From NCBI RefSeq assembly GCF_009914755.1, contig NC_060940.1: a DNA stretch of 64,000 nucleotides; one strand, 5' to 3'. Each line of letters begins with the position of its first letter. The stretch's first letter is position 1. Of the stretch, positions 45,987 to 59,581 are shown one piece after another. Made by a program: the position numbers and the translations under genes. The notes under the pieces were generated by a model. The model worked only from the letters and a program-made list of their open reading frames with translations. It was not told where the DNA came from and made no database searches. This DNA comes from the human T2T-CHM13v2.0 reference genome, Homo sapiens.

Positions 45987-48354
45987 TGATATGGTTGGGC
46001 TGTGTCCCCACCAAAATCTCACCTTGAATTGTAGTTCCCATAATCCCTATGTGTCATGGAAGGGACTGAGTGTGAGGTTATTGAATCATGGGGGCAATTA
46101 CCCCCCCCATGCTGTTCTGGTGATAGTGAGTGAGTTCTCAGGAAATCTGATGGTTTTATAAAGGGCTTTTCCCATTTTGCTTGGCACTTCTTCCTGCTGC
46201 CCTGTGAAGAAGGTGCCTTTCTTCCCCTTCACCTTCTGCCATAATTGTAAGTTTCCTGAGGCCTTCCTAGCCATGCAGAACTGCGAGTTAATTATACCTG
46301 TTTTCTTTATAAATTATCCAGTCTCAATTATGTCTTTATTAGCAGCATTAGATTGGACTAATACAGTAAATTGTTACCAAGGGAGTGGGGCACTGCTATG
46401 AGGATACCCGAAAATGGGCAAACAATTTTGGAACTGGGTAACAGGAAGGGATTATAATAGTTTGGAGGGTTCAGAAGAAGATAGGAAAATATGGGAATGT
46501 TTGGAACATCCTAGAGACTTGTTGAATGGCTTGACCAAAATACTCATAGTGATATGGACAATGAAGTCCAGGCTGAGGTGGTCTCAGATGGAGATGAAAA
46601 ACTTGTTCAGAACTGGAGCAAAGGTGACTCTTACTATTCTTTAGCAAAGAGACTAGTGGCATTTTGCCCCTGTCCTAGAGATTTGTGGGACTTTGAACTT
46701 GAGAGAGATGATTTAGGGTATCTGATGGAAGAAATTTGTAAGTGACAAAGCATTCAAGAGGAATCAGAGCATAAAAGTTTGGAAAATTGGCAGCCTAACA
46801 ATACAATAGAAAAGAAAAACCCATTTTCTGGGAAGAAATTCAAGCCCACTGCAGAAATTTGCATAAGTAATGAGAAGTCAAATGTTAGTCTCCAAGACAA
46901 TGGAGACAATGTCTCCAGGACATGTCAGAGACATTCTCAGCAGCCCCTCTCATCACAGGCCAGAGGCCTAGAAGGGAAAAATGGTTTCATGGGGAAGGCC
47001 CAGGTCTCCCATGCTCTGTGCAGCCTCAAGACATGGTGCCCTGAGTCCCAGGTGCTTCAGCTCCAGCCATAGCTAAAAGGGGCCAATATATAGCTTGGGC
47101 CATTGCTTTAGAGGGTTCAAGCCCCAAGCCTTGGCAGTTTCCATGTGGTGTTGAGCCTGTGGGTGCACATAAGTCAAGAATTGAGGTTTAGGAACCTCCA
47201 CCTAGATTTCAAAGGATGTATGCAAATGCCTGGATGTCTAGGCAGAAGTCTGCTACAGGGTGCGGAGCCCTCATGGTGACCCTCTGCTAGGTCAGTGAGG
47301 AAGGAAAATGTGGGGTCAGAGCTCCCACACAGAGTCCCCACTGGGGCACTGCCTAGTGGATCTATGGGAAGTGAGTCACCATCCTCCAGACCCCAGAATG
47401 GTAGATCCATCCTCAGCTTGCACTGTGGGTGTGGAAAAGCCACACATACTGTAACTATTTGAAAAATAAATCTTAACCCATGGACTTTGTAGAGGATGGA
47501 GATGTTCAACACAAACACTAAACACCAGCCCATGAAAACAGCTGGGAGGGTGGCTCCCCCTGCAAACCCACAGGTGCAGAGCTGCCCAAGGCCATGGGAG
47601 CCCTCCTCTTGCATCAGCATGACCTGGGTGTGAGACATGGAGTCAAAGGAGATGATTTTGGAACTTTAGGGTTTAGTGACTGCCCCATTGGATTTCAGAC
47701 TTGCATGGAGCCTGTAGCCCATTTGTTTTGGCCAGTTTTTCCCATTTGGAATGGGTGTATTTACCCAATGCCTGTAACCCCATTGTACCTAGGAAGTAAC
47801 TAACTTGCTTTTGATTTTACAGGCTCATAGGCAGAAGTGACTAGTCTTGTCTCATTAGAAATGTTGGACTTGGACATTTGGATTAATGCTGGAATGAGCT
47901 AAGACTTTGGGGAACTGTTGGAAAGGCATGATTGTGTTTTCAAATGTGAGGACATGAGATTTGGGAGGGACCAGGGTGGAATGATATGGTTTGGCTGTGT
48001 CCCTACCCAAATCTCATCTTGAATTGCAGTTCCCTTAATCCCCATGTGTCACGGGAGGGAAGAGGTGGGAGCTAATTGAATCATGGGGGCGATTACCCCC
48101 ATGCTGTTCTTGTGACAGTGAGTTCCCATGAAATCTGATGGTTTTATAAGGGGCTTTTCCCCCTTTGCTTTGGCACTTCTTCTTCCTGTTGCCCTGTGAA
48201 GAATTTGCCTTTCTTTCCCTTCAACTTCTGCCATGATTGTAAGTTCCAGAGGTCTTCCCAGCCATGCAGAATTGTGAGTAAATTAAACCTCATTTCTACA
48301 TAAATTACCAAGTCTTGATAATTGTTCATAGTAGTGCAAGAGCAGACTAACACA
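45987..48354 (+). mobile_element. Full-length THE1D-like MaLR provirus: LTR 45987-46365, internal 46366-47981, LTR 47982-48354
   Basis: Two TGATATGG...TAA(T/C)ACA LTRs and THE1-int (GGACAATGAAGTCCAGGCTGAGGTGGTCTCAGATGGAGATG; GGAACCTCCACCTAGATTTC). Confidence 0.93.
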
Positions 48355-48590
48355 GATTTCTAAAGAATTTTTATTTTATTTATTTTTTAAGTTAGTGCTG
48401 ATGGTAGTGTGATAAGATTCTATTGCAGCACTTTTTGAAACTTAATAGAGATACTATATGTGAAAGAATAAAATCAGCAAGAGATATCATATGTGAAAAT
48501 GCCCAGCATATTGTTTTGTACCTTATATTAATAATGTTAATAATAATAAACACTAATAGTTTGTGTAATAACATATATTGGAAACTGAAC

Positions 48591-49165
48591 TGTGATGGTT
48601 AGTTTTATGTGTCAGTTGACTGGGCCATGAGGTGCTCATATATTTGGTTAGACATTGAATGTGTCTGTGAGAGTAACTCTGGATAAGAAGAACATTTGAG
48701 TCAGTAGACTAAGTAAAGAAGATTAACCCCTCTAACGCAGTGGACCTCATCCAATTAGTCAAAAACTTCAATATAACAAAAAGACCGACCTTCATCACTA
48801 GTAAGAAGGAACTCCTCTGCCTGACTACCTTTCAGCTGGGACATCTGTGGGGTTTTTTTGCTGTTTTGTTGTTGTTGTTTATTTGTTTTCCTGCCTTCAG
48901 ACTCAAACTGAACCATTGTCTCTTTCTGGGTGTTGAATCTGCCCATCTTTGGACTGGAACCATGCCAATGTTTTTCCTGGTTCTCAGCCTTTTGAACTCA
49001 GACTGAACTATACCATCAGATTTCCTGGCCCTCCAGCTTACTGACTGCCTATCTTGGGACTTTACAGCATCTACATTATGTTAGCCAATATCTTATAATA
49101 AATCTCTTTCTCTTTATACATATACATCCTATTCATTCTGCTTCTTTGGAGAAATTGACTAATAT
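48591..49165 (+). mobile_element. MLT2-type ERVL solo LTR
   Basis: TGTGATGGTTAGTTTTATGTGTCAGTTGACTGGGCCA...AATAAATCTCTTTC...GACTAATA. Confidence 0.85.
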
Positions 49166-49550
49166 GTTAATATATTATAAGTACTTGGCCAAACACTTCA
49201 TAATTATTTAATTATTAAAATTGGCAGTAAGGTGTGTAATATTTTCCAAATTTATAGATGAGAAATCTGAAATGTAGGGTTTAAGTAATTTGTCCCAAGC
49301 CACATAATTGATTTTTAACTCATACTCAATGATTCAAATATTGCTGTGTTTGAACATTATGCTAGATATCTATTTATAAGCTGCAATACATATATGATAT
49401 TTATCTTTAGCTTGTACTTGTTAAGTGACAAACTCTCTTCTGAATATGGCTCCCCTCAATATGCAGTGATTAAGTCTGTTTCCCAATTAGTGAACATTTT
49501 CAAATCCTAAAGCAATTGATGGCGTACTGTTTATAGACAAGAAGTAAGTT

Positions 49551-49552
<2 letters not shown>

Positions 49553-49584
<32 letters not shown>
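49553..49584. repeat. (CA)n microsatellite
   Basis: Direct inspection. Confidence 0.95.
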
Positions 49585-49586
<2 letters not shown>

Positions 49587-49657
49587 GAACCCACTAGGGC
49601 TGGTGAATGTGTCAAAAGATTTTCTTTAACATGCAAGTGTATTGAACAGTCAGACCA

Positions 49658-49749
49658 TCAATATGAAATATTGTTGCGATATTGCTGAATGACATTGTCT
49701 ATGTCAATATGAAACATTGTCGCAATATTGCTGAATGATATTGTCTATT
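49658..49749. repeat. 46-bp tandem duplication
   Basis: Units 49658-49703 and 49704-49749, 5 mismatches. Confidence 0.9.
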
Positions 49750-50002
49750 CAAGCCCTTAGAAAAATTGACTAACACTGGTTAATACTTTTGTATGTTAGA
49801 TAGATATAGATATCTAGATGATAGATAAATCGACTGATCAGCCTGTTTGCCTCTCCTTAGGAAACGTCCATGAGGCTTTCTAAGGGTAGTCAGCTTACTA
49901 CAATTCCAGATGAAAACTATTCACACATGCATTCACTTATCCAATCAACATTGTTTGGGCCTTTCCACGTTGCAATCACGTTTCTAGACACTGAGACACA
50001 GC

Positions 50003-50202
50003 AAGTGGTGTGCTGGTAAGTGTTTAACAAACAGTTCTCCAGGAAAAACATATTTGTAGCTTTTGTTGATGCTTGTAGCTTAATACCACCTAAAATGACT
50101 GATTTTAATCTACTGGTGTGATGTCAGCCAGCACACAAAATTCCCAAAAGTTTAACAGTTCGCTCTCATGAGCTCATACAAGCCAGCTCCAGCACATGAT
50201 TG
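50003..50202 (-). mobile_element. MER63A-like hAT-Blackjack MITE inside an L2 tail
   Basis: Terminal inverted repeats AGTGGTGTGCTGG...CCAGCACATGATTG. Confidence 0.75.
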
Positions 50203-52539
50203 ACCCAGTGAGAACAAATCAGACAGGGTGATTCTCTTTGGAATGAACAGCCTGATAGTGAAAAAAATAAGAACATTTCTGAATAAGGAGGTAAGAAAAT
50301 ACCAGGTAGTAATAATTTATACAAGGTAGAAGGCATTGGAATGGTGACGATGAGAAGACATTCTCAGAACTGAAGACACTGAAAATTAATTTGGAAAAAG
50401 TGAACTTTTCTTGTTCTGAAAATAAATTATTGTAGTGTACTTCCAGAAAGCAATAATAGCTACTTGAGAGGTCCTATGACCCACTATAGTGTTCACAAAA
50501 AAAAAAAAAAGAAAGAAAAGACAAGACAGCCCCATCTGGTTGGATGAGGATTTCGCCCTTTTGCTCCAAGGGTACTTAATAGTTTCATTCTGGCTCTGTA
50601 GTTACTGATGTGTTTCTTCTTCTCTACTTCATAGTTCGTAAGTTCCTTGAAGGCATAGCTTAGTTGTGATTCAAGTGAGTTTACTCTTTTTCCTGATAGA
50701 ACATTTGACAGACATCTCCTGGATAATGAAATGCAGATTTTTTCACATTTAGTACACGTATCACTAGGACTTGAGACTGTTTTTGGTGGTATCTAAACAG
50801 ACATTGTTTTAAACAAAATTGTATCAGTGAAACTTTTGTCTTTTTTTCCTTTTAATTTGCCACTAACTAGCCCACAAAAAATCTTAATATGCTTGTAATA
50901 GTAACTTTTTAACCATTTTGATATTCCCTTATTTTATATAATACGAAGGAAGAATAAATTTTAGGCTCACATCTCTAAACAAGTAATCTAACTTGAGTTT
51001 AACAATAATGTTTTGCTTTTGTGGAATTTATGGTTTTATAGTTATGTTTCTGCTTAAGTCAATTTTGACCTTGCATACTAATTATAATGCTGACTTAATT
51101 TGATTTTAATGAAATATAAATACACTTATGAACCCATATAAAGAAAAAAATAAGTAAAAGATAGTTTACATCAATGTACAAAAATCATGAAGTTGGTGGG
51201 TGAATAAGTCAGGTTCAGAAAACTCTACAGATGACTAGATCATTTCTTCACAGGGTATTGGGTGCAACGCAAGTATACAATTTGAAAACGTCTTTGGTAT
51301 TCACTTGTGAAGAGATCCATGCATTGGCTGCTACATTCAAGCTCTTTAATTTACACAAAAAGAAGACATGCTAAATAATTGAAGCGATTTGACCAAAGTA
51401 GCATGAGGAATTGAGTTCCAGCAGCATCATTCAAAATAGCAAGTCTGGCTTCCAGATCCAGAGCTCTTCTCTTCCCAACACATTGAGTTTACCTTCAAAA
51501 ATGCCTTCTCCTTTTTCCTTTACTTCCCTTTATCCTAAAAATTGACTTAGCCAAACTAAGTTACTCTGGATCAGCAAATTATGTTTTGAACTGAACTGGA
51601 GAAAATTGGTTTGATGAAATGCCCATTGTAATTTATTTTCTATTTGTTGATGGAGAGAATTGTTAACCATTGTTGAGTATTGATTTCCGATAGCTGTTCA
51701 CCCTGGAACCCATTACCTAGAGTTGGCTGTGTGAGAAGCAGCTGAATGGCAAGTCAGAGTATGTTTTTAGAAGTGGCTGGTCTTGTGGTTCAAACTGGAT
51801 CCCATATTTTATATGGCTCTGTGCTTTCTTTGATGACTGTACATTGTCAATCATGTGATCCCTCTTTTTCCTGAGATTTAGCTATTCTTGTGCATGACAA
51901 CTTATCAAAAGGGGAGCACACAAGGCTCTAAAGGTGAAATGTTTACTCCACATAGCCTATATTTTAGTCATACCATCACAAATACACTGTCCAAATGGGG
52001 TGGAAATCTGCCCATCTGATTCAGAGAAAGAGAGACAGAGAGAAAGAGAGAGACTTAAGATTGTTAATTCTCTTGTCCTTCATAATAAACTCAGTGGACA
52101 AAATCTCAGCTCAGAGCTCAGAGCTTTAATTTCAGTCCTTCTACACCTCAAATTTCAGATGCTGCCTATTTATTTTCCTGCCATTGTGCTTCAGTCTTTT
52201 TCACATCTACAGTGGATAGAGTAATACTTTCTATAAGTAATATATTGGAGATTTTAAGTTGCAAAATTGTATGGCAAATATGCAAATAACTTAAACCTGA
52301 AAAAATCACAAAGTAGACAATTTTTAGCTAAATGTCACCATAAGGAACCAACATTTCAACCAGAAGTAGACATAATAAAATAATTCTATAGCCAGATTGT
52401 ACTTTCTCTTAGTACCTTAACACTATGTACTACTGGTAATGGCAGTGATGGTAGCAGAAGTAGAATTAGCAGTACTATAGATGAATGACCACAGCATCTA
52501 ACATTTGTTTGTCATTACCATCAGTTATTATTAAGTATT

Positions 52540-52750
52540 ACTAATTGATAATCCTGGCCCTGCCACATAGTAGCAGAGTCACTTTGTGTAATTTACATAA
52601 TCTCTTTAAGCCTTAATTATTCATCTATAAAATGGGCATAATAATAGTACTGGCTGCATGAATGTGACTTGAGTATTGCATTAGTTAATAAATATATAAA
52701 TAGAACAGTTCCGTCACATAGGAAGTTTCCAATAAATGGTAGCTTACCAA
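52540..52750 (+). mobile_element. MIR
   Basis: ATCCTGGCCCTGCCAC...TCATCTATAAAATGGGCATAATAATAGTAC. Confidence 0.75.
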
Positions 52751-53694
52751 TTAATAGGCTGAAGCAATATCTCTACTAATGAATTTTTGATGCATATTAT
52801 TTTATTTCCTTATCTAACTGTTAAAAATCATAGTGACTATGTTAAAACAAAAACAAAAAAACCTTGGATTTAAACTCAAATGTGTCTGAGTGCAAGGCCT
52901 GAGGGCTAAATCTTGAGCTCTTCTGGTTTATGGGCTGCAAGTTATTCTCCTTGGCTCTAAGTCTATAAGACCAAGGAAGAATGATTGAAAGCAAGAGTGA
53001 TGGTGCTCCACTGAACTTTATATGTGACATAATTAGTGATCTTGGGACACCTTATTTGAAAGCTGTGGGCCAATATTATAAGGAAAGACATATCTATGTT
53101 GACTACTCTGTAATTGAATGCTTCTAAAGTTGACCCATCGTTAATTTAAAGATCTGCTTGACAAAAAGAGAGCTCTGAGACAAGTCATACCATTTACAAT
53201 AAGCATCATGCCAGAGGGCATAGTTCTGCATGAATTCCCTCAATGATTGGTCTGTAGTCCTCATTGTGCTTCCCATCCTCTTGCCGTATTAGGTCTTATT
53301 TTTATAGTTCTATAGTATGCTGTATTCTCCCATGGGTGCTAAAAAAACATGATTTCTATTGTTGGCATTGTAAGCTATAATCGTGTAATTGGAAACAGCT
53401 GTGCACACAAGAAATATAATTCAAAGCAGTTTAATTAATACGTCTTCATTGACAAATTCCACTCATAATACTGATAATATTGTATGATTCTATAATCAAA
53501 AAAGGGAGTTTCTGAATCCCGGCCATTTCCACATTATTTGGTCAAATTTTACTTTTATGAAGAAAACTGAAAAATATATATTGAGTATAATTTTATCTGA
53601 TCTTCCAACTCTTTTCCTGACTTCTCGTTGCAATTCCCTTCTCTCCTCAAAACCAGAGGCTAACAAAATTATGCTTCAAAATTTGTCTTCATGG

Positions 53695-54286
53695 TGCAGT
53701 GGATGTTGTTGCATGCCCACCCATCCCCATTTCAAATCTGAGGTGCTCATTCCCCCATCTTCTGTATTGGTGCCACTCCTAAAATTGAGCTCAGCTGAAG
53801 ACAATTGCCTTATCCAAGGCCATGGCCCCTTTTGATGGGCAGCCTGTACCCAATGACTGGTCAATTGTAAGGAAGTATAAAGGCTGTCTTTGCTTGTCTT
53901 CATGTGGTCCCACTCGGAAGGGTCATGCCAGTAGTGGGAAAGGCTGCAACCCTTGTTGCAACTGTATCACAGATCAATTCTCCCTCTTGCCAATCCAGCT
54001 TCCTTCACTCCCCTCTTGGCTCACTGCAAGCTCCCCTGCCCGGGTTCATGCCATTCCCCGGCCTCAGCCTCCAAGTAGCTGGGACTACAGGTGCCCTCCA
54101 CTACGCCCAGCTAATTTTTTGTGTGTATTTTTGGTAAAGATGGGATTTCACCATGTTAGCCAGGACAGTCTCGATCTCCTGACCTTGTGATCCGCCCACC
54201 TCGGCCTCCCAAAGTGCTGGGATTACAGGCTTGAGCCACTGCTCCCGGCCACAGCATTTGTTTTTTGAGGAACTCAACCCAAGATA
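53695..54286 (+). mobile_element. LTR16C-like ERVL solo LTR interrupted by an AluY fragment
   Basis: TGCAGTGGATG.., CCAATGACTGGTC, GTATAAAGG TATA, end AACTCAACCCAAGATA. Confidence 0.78.
54014..54250 (-). mobile_element. AluY lacking its 3' end and tail
   Basis: Starts at TCTTGGCTCACTGCAAGCTCC, ends CCCGGCC; no poly-T and no TSD. Confidence 0.9.
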
Positions 54287-54564
54287 GGTTTTAGACTAAT
54301 TTTTACTTTATATTATTGTCCTTGCCTTAGCTTTTTGACGCCTTTCTGTTTCTTTGCATCTCTGATGCTGACCCATTCTCTATTTACTGTTTGCTTTTTG
54401 ACTCTACCTTTTAAAATCTGCCTTTGATTCTCATGATTTCTTGTGGACTCAACATAGTAAATATTGTTTACAAAGGTCTTATTCTAAATCCAACCTATAA
54501 GTTTGTATCAAACCTGGACAGTGATTTACTTTAATGAATCAACTTCTTTCTACTAACATTTAAA

Positions 54565-54621
54565 ACATACACATACATACATCATATCACACCCACTCCC
54601 ACACAGTATATACACACCACA

Positions 54622-54665
<44 letters not shown>

Positions 54666-54670
54666 ACACA
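54565..54670. repeat. (CA)n/CATA compound microsatellite
   Basis: Direct inspection. Confidence 0.9.
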
Positions 54671-56621
54671 GTGTCCTATGTGGTTGAGTATTGCAGCATG
54701 ATTTATTAAAAAGAAATCTTGTCTGGAAATTTGAATAAATTAATTTTAGAAGATGGCATTTTAATTTTTAGAAAATAAATGACAAAACACATTATTTTTT
54801 ATTAGGTGCATACTATATTCTAGATAACTGTCTCATACATATTAATTAATTTACTCTTTATCCCTAGCCCCTCAAATATATATCATTATTTTTTCCTATT
54901 TTACACATAAAAATATTGAGAAAGCTATCTTAAGTTGCCATATTTCACCAGAAGAAAAAGGCTATTCAGTATATTTTGACCTGTTTTTTTTAATGAGATG
55001 ATTTAAACATGGTAGCAACAGATTTTTGTAAGTCATTTGTCTCAAAATGCTGTTAAACTATTTTAAATTCTATAAAAAAACATGATTAGCATACACTTTG
55101 CTGTAAAAAGTTCACATTATTGAAAACATATGCTTCTGAATGAACATTTGTCAAGTAAGCCTTTATGTTTTCGATCTTTTACAATGCAAAATATTTTTAA
55201 TGGATGACAGTATATCTGCATCATAAACTTTGTCATTAGCTAATACTACAGTTCAAATTCAATTATAATTTCCAATCAACTATCTGAAGTTAAAATGCTT
55301 ATTCAAATACCAGGGAGATTACTATTCTGCAATCCTTGACAACAGTAGTACTCCAATTTAATACTCTCACTTAAAGGAAAATTTATTTTGTTTAAACAAT
55401 AACATAGAATTTTTGTATATCTGACTTTTTTATTTTAATGCAAACAGTTACATTAATTGTTACATCCCAAGTCTTAATACAGTACTATGAACATATTGGC
55501 TTTAGGTTGGATTTATACAGAAGTTGAGAAAATTTAATAAAAAATTTGTTATGTTTTAAGAGTCAGGGAAAAAGAAACATTAATGGAAATCAGAATTTCT
55601 CTTGTCAATATTCTAACCTTAGCAGTTTTCTTTTCATTTCAAGAAAATTCTATTCACCCCCAGAGATAACATTTTCTTCTGTAGTACCATAAGTGGCACT
55701 GATTTGGATAGTATGATCGACATTTCATCTATTCCCTGACAAGAGTGGCAGAGTCACATCTCAAGTGCCTTTTGATGGTGACAAAATTAGCTAATATCAT
55801 TGCATTCTGTTTTACTTCAATGCTTTTAAAGATGTTTCCAATCTACACTTTGATGATGCATAGCCAAGGCAGTCACACACTGAATTTCTAGGTGAGGCTC
55901 TGATTTCACATATGCTTGCTTTTTGTTCTGGTATTCGTGAGACCACCGGTTTCAGTATTTGATGGAGTCAACTCCAGCAGTTATGCACACTTTATACCTA
56001 ACTGAAATTCTGAAATGGAATTAGAAAGGAAATAAAGTGAAGGAAAAGGGTTTTTTTTAGAAATAAAAATGAGAAATTAACTAAGAATTAAAGTTATTGA
56101 TGTTCTTATGGGGTGATCCAATGGTAAAAAAAATTATGGTCATGGGCTTGTAGATGAAATAATCCAGCCCTCATCATTATTAGAGGTAGGGAGTAATTTA
56201 GAAGGCTCAGGTATATTTCATAATTCCAAAGGTGTATATACTAAACAGCATGTGATAAAGCCTGAGTTCCACAGACTAAAGTGTGTGAAGATGTCCTTAC
56301 CCAAAGTCATTAAGGAGCTGTAAGATGAATATGATGCTGTTGCCCAACCATGGACATATAGGCTAAGGGGAGTGTTGAATCAGAATACAAGTGGTACTTC
56401 TAATATCAAATAGATAAAACTACACTATTATGCATAGTGCCTGAAACAAATATTTTCCATGATTTAAGATAAATTTGAATGGAGTTATCTCTAGATAGTA
56501 TTTCTACCTTTGTAACATGTATTAGTCTTGAGAACATCAAACTTAACAATCGAGACCAGATGGGTCAAAGGTAGATACTTACAGAGCCATTCACATTTTT
56601 TCTATCCTACATATTGTAGTA

Positions 56622-57227
56622 TGTTATGGGTTGAATTGTGCCTTTTCAATACTTATTTCATGAAATCCTAACCTCTAGTACTTTAGAAAGTTACTTTATT
56701 TGGAAATAGGAAGTTTACAGAAGTAACAACATTTAAATGAGGTCATTAGGATGTACTCTAATCCAACATGACTGTTATCCTTATAAAAATGAGACATTTG
56801 AAAACAGAGACACAAATATAGGTACAAAAAGATGACCGTGTGAGCCTGAAGGTGGCCATCTACCAGTTAAGGATAGAGGCCTGGAACAGATCCTTCCTTT
56901 GCAGCCCTCTGAAGGAGCCAGCCCTGCTCAAACCTACATTTCAGACATTTTAGCCCCCAGACCTGTGAGATACTTGTTCAATCTATACAGTTCGCGTTCT
57001 TGTGGCATGGCAGCCCTAGCAAACTAATACACATGTTGGTACCAAAAAGTACAGTGCTGCTGCAACAAATACATAAATGTGCAGAAGTGACTTTAGGGCA
57101 GGATAATTGACAGAGGTTGAAAGAGTTTTGGCATATCACACATAAAAAGCCTAGGCTGACTTCAATAAACTATTGATAGAAATATGGATATTAAAGGGAT
57201 GGTGATGAGGGCTCAGAAATAATGAAG
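56622..57227 (+). mobile_element. MLT1B LTR (56622-57031) plus truncated internal sequence
   Basis: TGTTATGGGTTGAATTGTG...GCAGCCCTAGCAAACTAATACA followed by TTGGTACC and MaLR-int start. Confidence 0.85.
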
Positions 57228-57850
57228 TCAGAGCAGCTGAGCTCCATTAACGTGAGGAGCCAGGAAAACACGCAGGAACTAATTAGCCTTGCCCTGTTAC
57301 TTTTCAGAACCACGCTCCCAATTCTTCAGTACGGGACATTACAGGGCAAGGTCCAACACAGTGTTTCCTCTCCCAGCTACCTCATGGGTGGAGTGGGGGA
57401 TGGGAAGTGAAGGGGAGTAGTTCTTTGAGGGGTAATTTATAATGGCAGTTTCTTAGTGCTTAAAGCTCTTTATCATAAAGGGCATCTCTTACAAACCCAT
57501 TAAGTACTTGGGACTTTCTTGATCCAGTATTTTTTGGTTTTCCTTATAAATATTACCTCGCGAAACAGATGAAACTCCTTAAGGAAAATGAATGCATACT
57601 CAAAAACAAGACATTTAGAACAATAACCATTTTAAAAGCAAATAAACATTCTGAATTAAATATTTCGTCAATATAAAAATAGTAGAGCGTATGGATAAAA
57701 ATATTCAACTATGTTAAATTAAAAATTTTAGATGTTAGTAATATGAGGCAAGGACAGAAAAACATTAAAAGATAAATCTTACATGTAAAAATGTAATATC
57801 ATAGATCAAAATATTAAAAACATATGTTGAATTGAGGGAATATCTTCTGA

Positions 57851-58198
<348 letters not shown>

Positions 58199-58761
58199 AA
58201 AATGTATTAATTTGAGAGAATATCTTCCGCAAAATCTCTCCAAAAGAAAATGTGAAGAATATATTAAAAGAAAACTTAGAGCTACAGAAACAGAAATATA
58301 AACTTTCTCATCCAAAGAATGTGATTCACAGAAAAAAAAGCATGGAGGAAAATTAAAATGAAGAAAAAGAAACATTTAAATAAATAATTGAATTACATTT
58401 TTAGAGTACTAATACTTAAGAAATAAAAGGCAACTCCGATTGAAATGTCTTGTCAAAAACCAAGGAAGTGATAAGGAAAATGCCCACACGTAGACATACT
58501 TCAGCGTGAAATTCAAGAATATTAAAAAAAATTATGCACATGTTAAAATTTTTTATAGAGAAAAATATCACATGCAAAACAGTAAGATTAAGGCTAAAAT
58601 AATTTATAACAATATTGAACACAATAAATCAACAGATAATTATTTTCAACAAATTAAAGGAAAAGAAGGAATGTGTTAAGCCACATGGTCTTGCAATTGA
58701 AGTCATGTTAAAAATATTTACAGCCAGATAAAGCCTCAGAAGTCTTGTCACATGAAGACTG

Positions 58762-59140
58762 TGTATTAGTTCATTCTTGCACTGCTATAAAGAAATACCT
58801 AAGACTGGGTAATTTATAAAGAAAAAAAGTTTTAATTGGCTGATAGTTCTGCAGGCTGTTATAGGAAGTATAGCTGAGGAGGCCTCAGGGAACTTTCAAT
58901 CATGATGGAAGGCCAAGGGGAAGCGACACATCTTACATGGCTAGAGAAAAAGGAAAAAAGAGTTGGGGGGAGGTGCTACACACTTTTACAAACCCGACCT
59001 CATAACTCACTATCAGGAAAACAGCACCAAAGGGGATATCCACACCTGTGATCAATCACCTCCCACCAAGCCCCTCTCCCAATACTGGGGATTACAATTT
59101 GACATGAGATTAGGGCAGAGAGACCCAAATTCAAATATCA
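58762..59140 (-). mobile_element. MSTA-like solo LTR
   Basis: TGTATTAGTTCATTCTTGCACTGCTATAAAGAAATACC...ATATCA; TSD GACTG/GATTG. Confidence 0.9.
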
Positions 59141-59304
59141 GATTGCAACTGTCAAAAATATTTTATAAAATACTAAATTAAGATAACACAGAAATTTAAA
59201 AAATGCTGCCAGAGATATATGAACTGAAGATGCTCAAATAACTGAATAAAGTTTATAAACCAACACACATGGGGGAAACTGTATCTTTAATAAATAGACT
59301 AGAA

Positions 59305-59581
59305 AATAAATTAGTAATTTTTTTTGTAGGAAGAGTCAGATGATAAATATTTAAGTTTTAACAAGCATATAGACTATATACAACTTTTATTCATCTATTA
59401 AAATAAACAGTTTTTAAAAACAACTATAGTGTCTTTGTTGAAACTACTCAACCTCTGCCACAGTAACAAGAAAGTAATCATAGACAATTTTTAAATAAAT
59501 TATCATAGCTATTTTGATAAGCCTTTACAAAAACTTACAGCAGTCCAGGGTTGACACAGGCTATTGGTTTCCTAATTTCTG
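59305..59581. mobile_element. MER58-like hAT MITE
   Basis: CAGATGATAAATATTTAAG.., AACTACTCAACCTCTGCC, CATAGACAAT. Confidence 0.65.

Noticed and set aside
46414-47803. ORFs within the THE1 internal region
   Set aside because: Broken remnants of the MaLR internal ORF, not an intact gene
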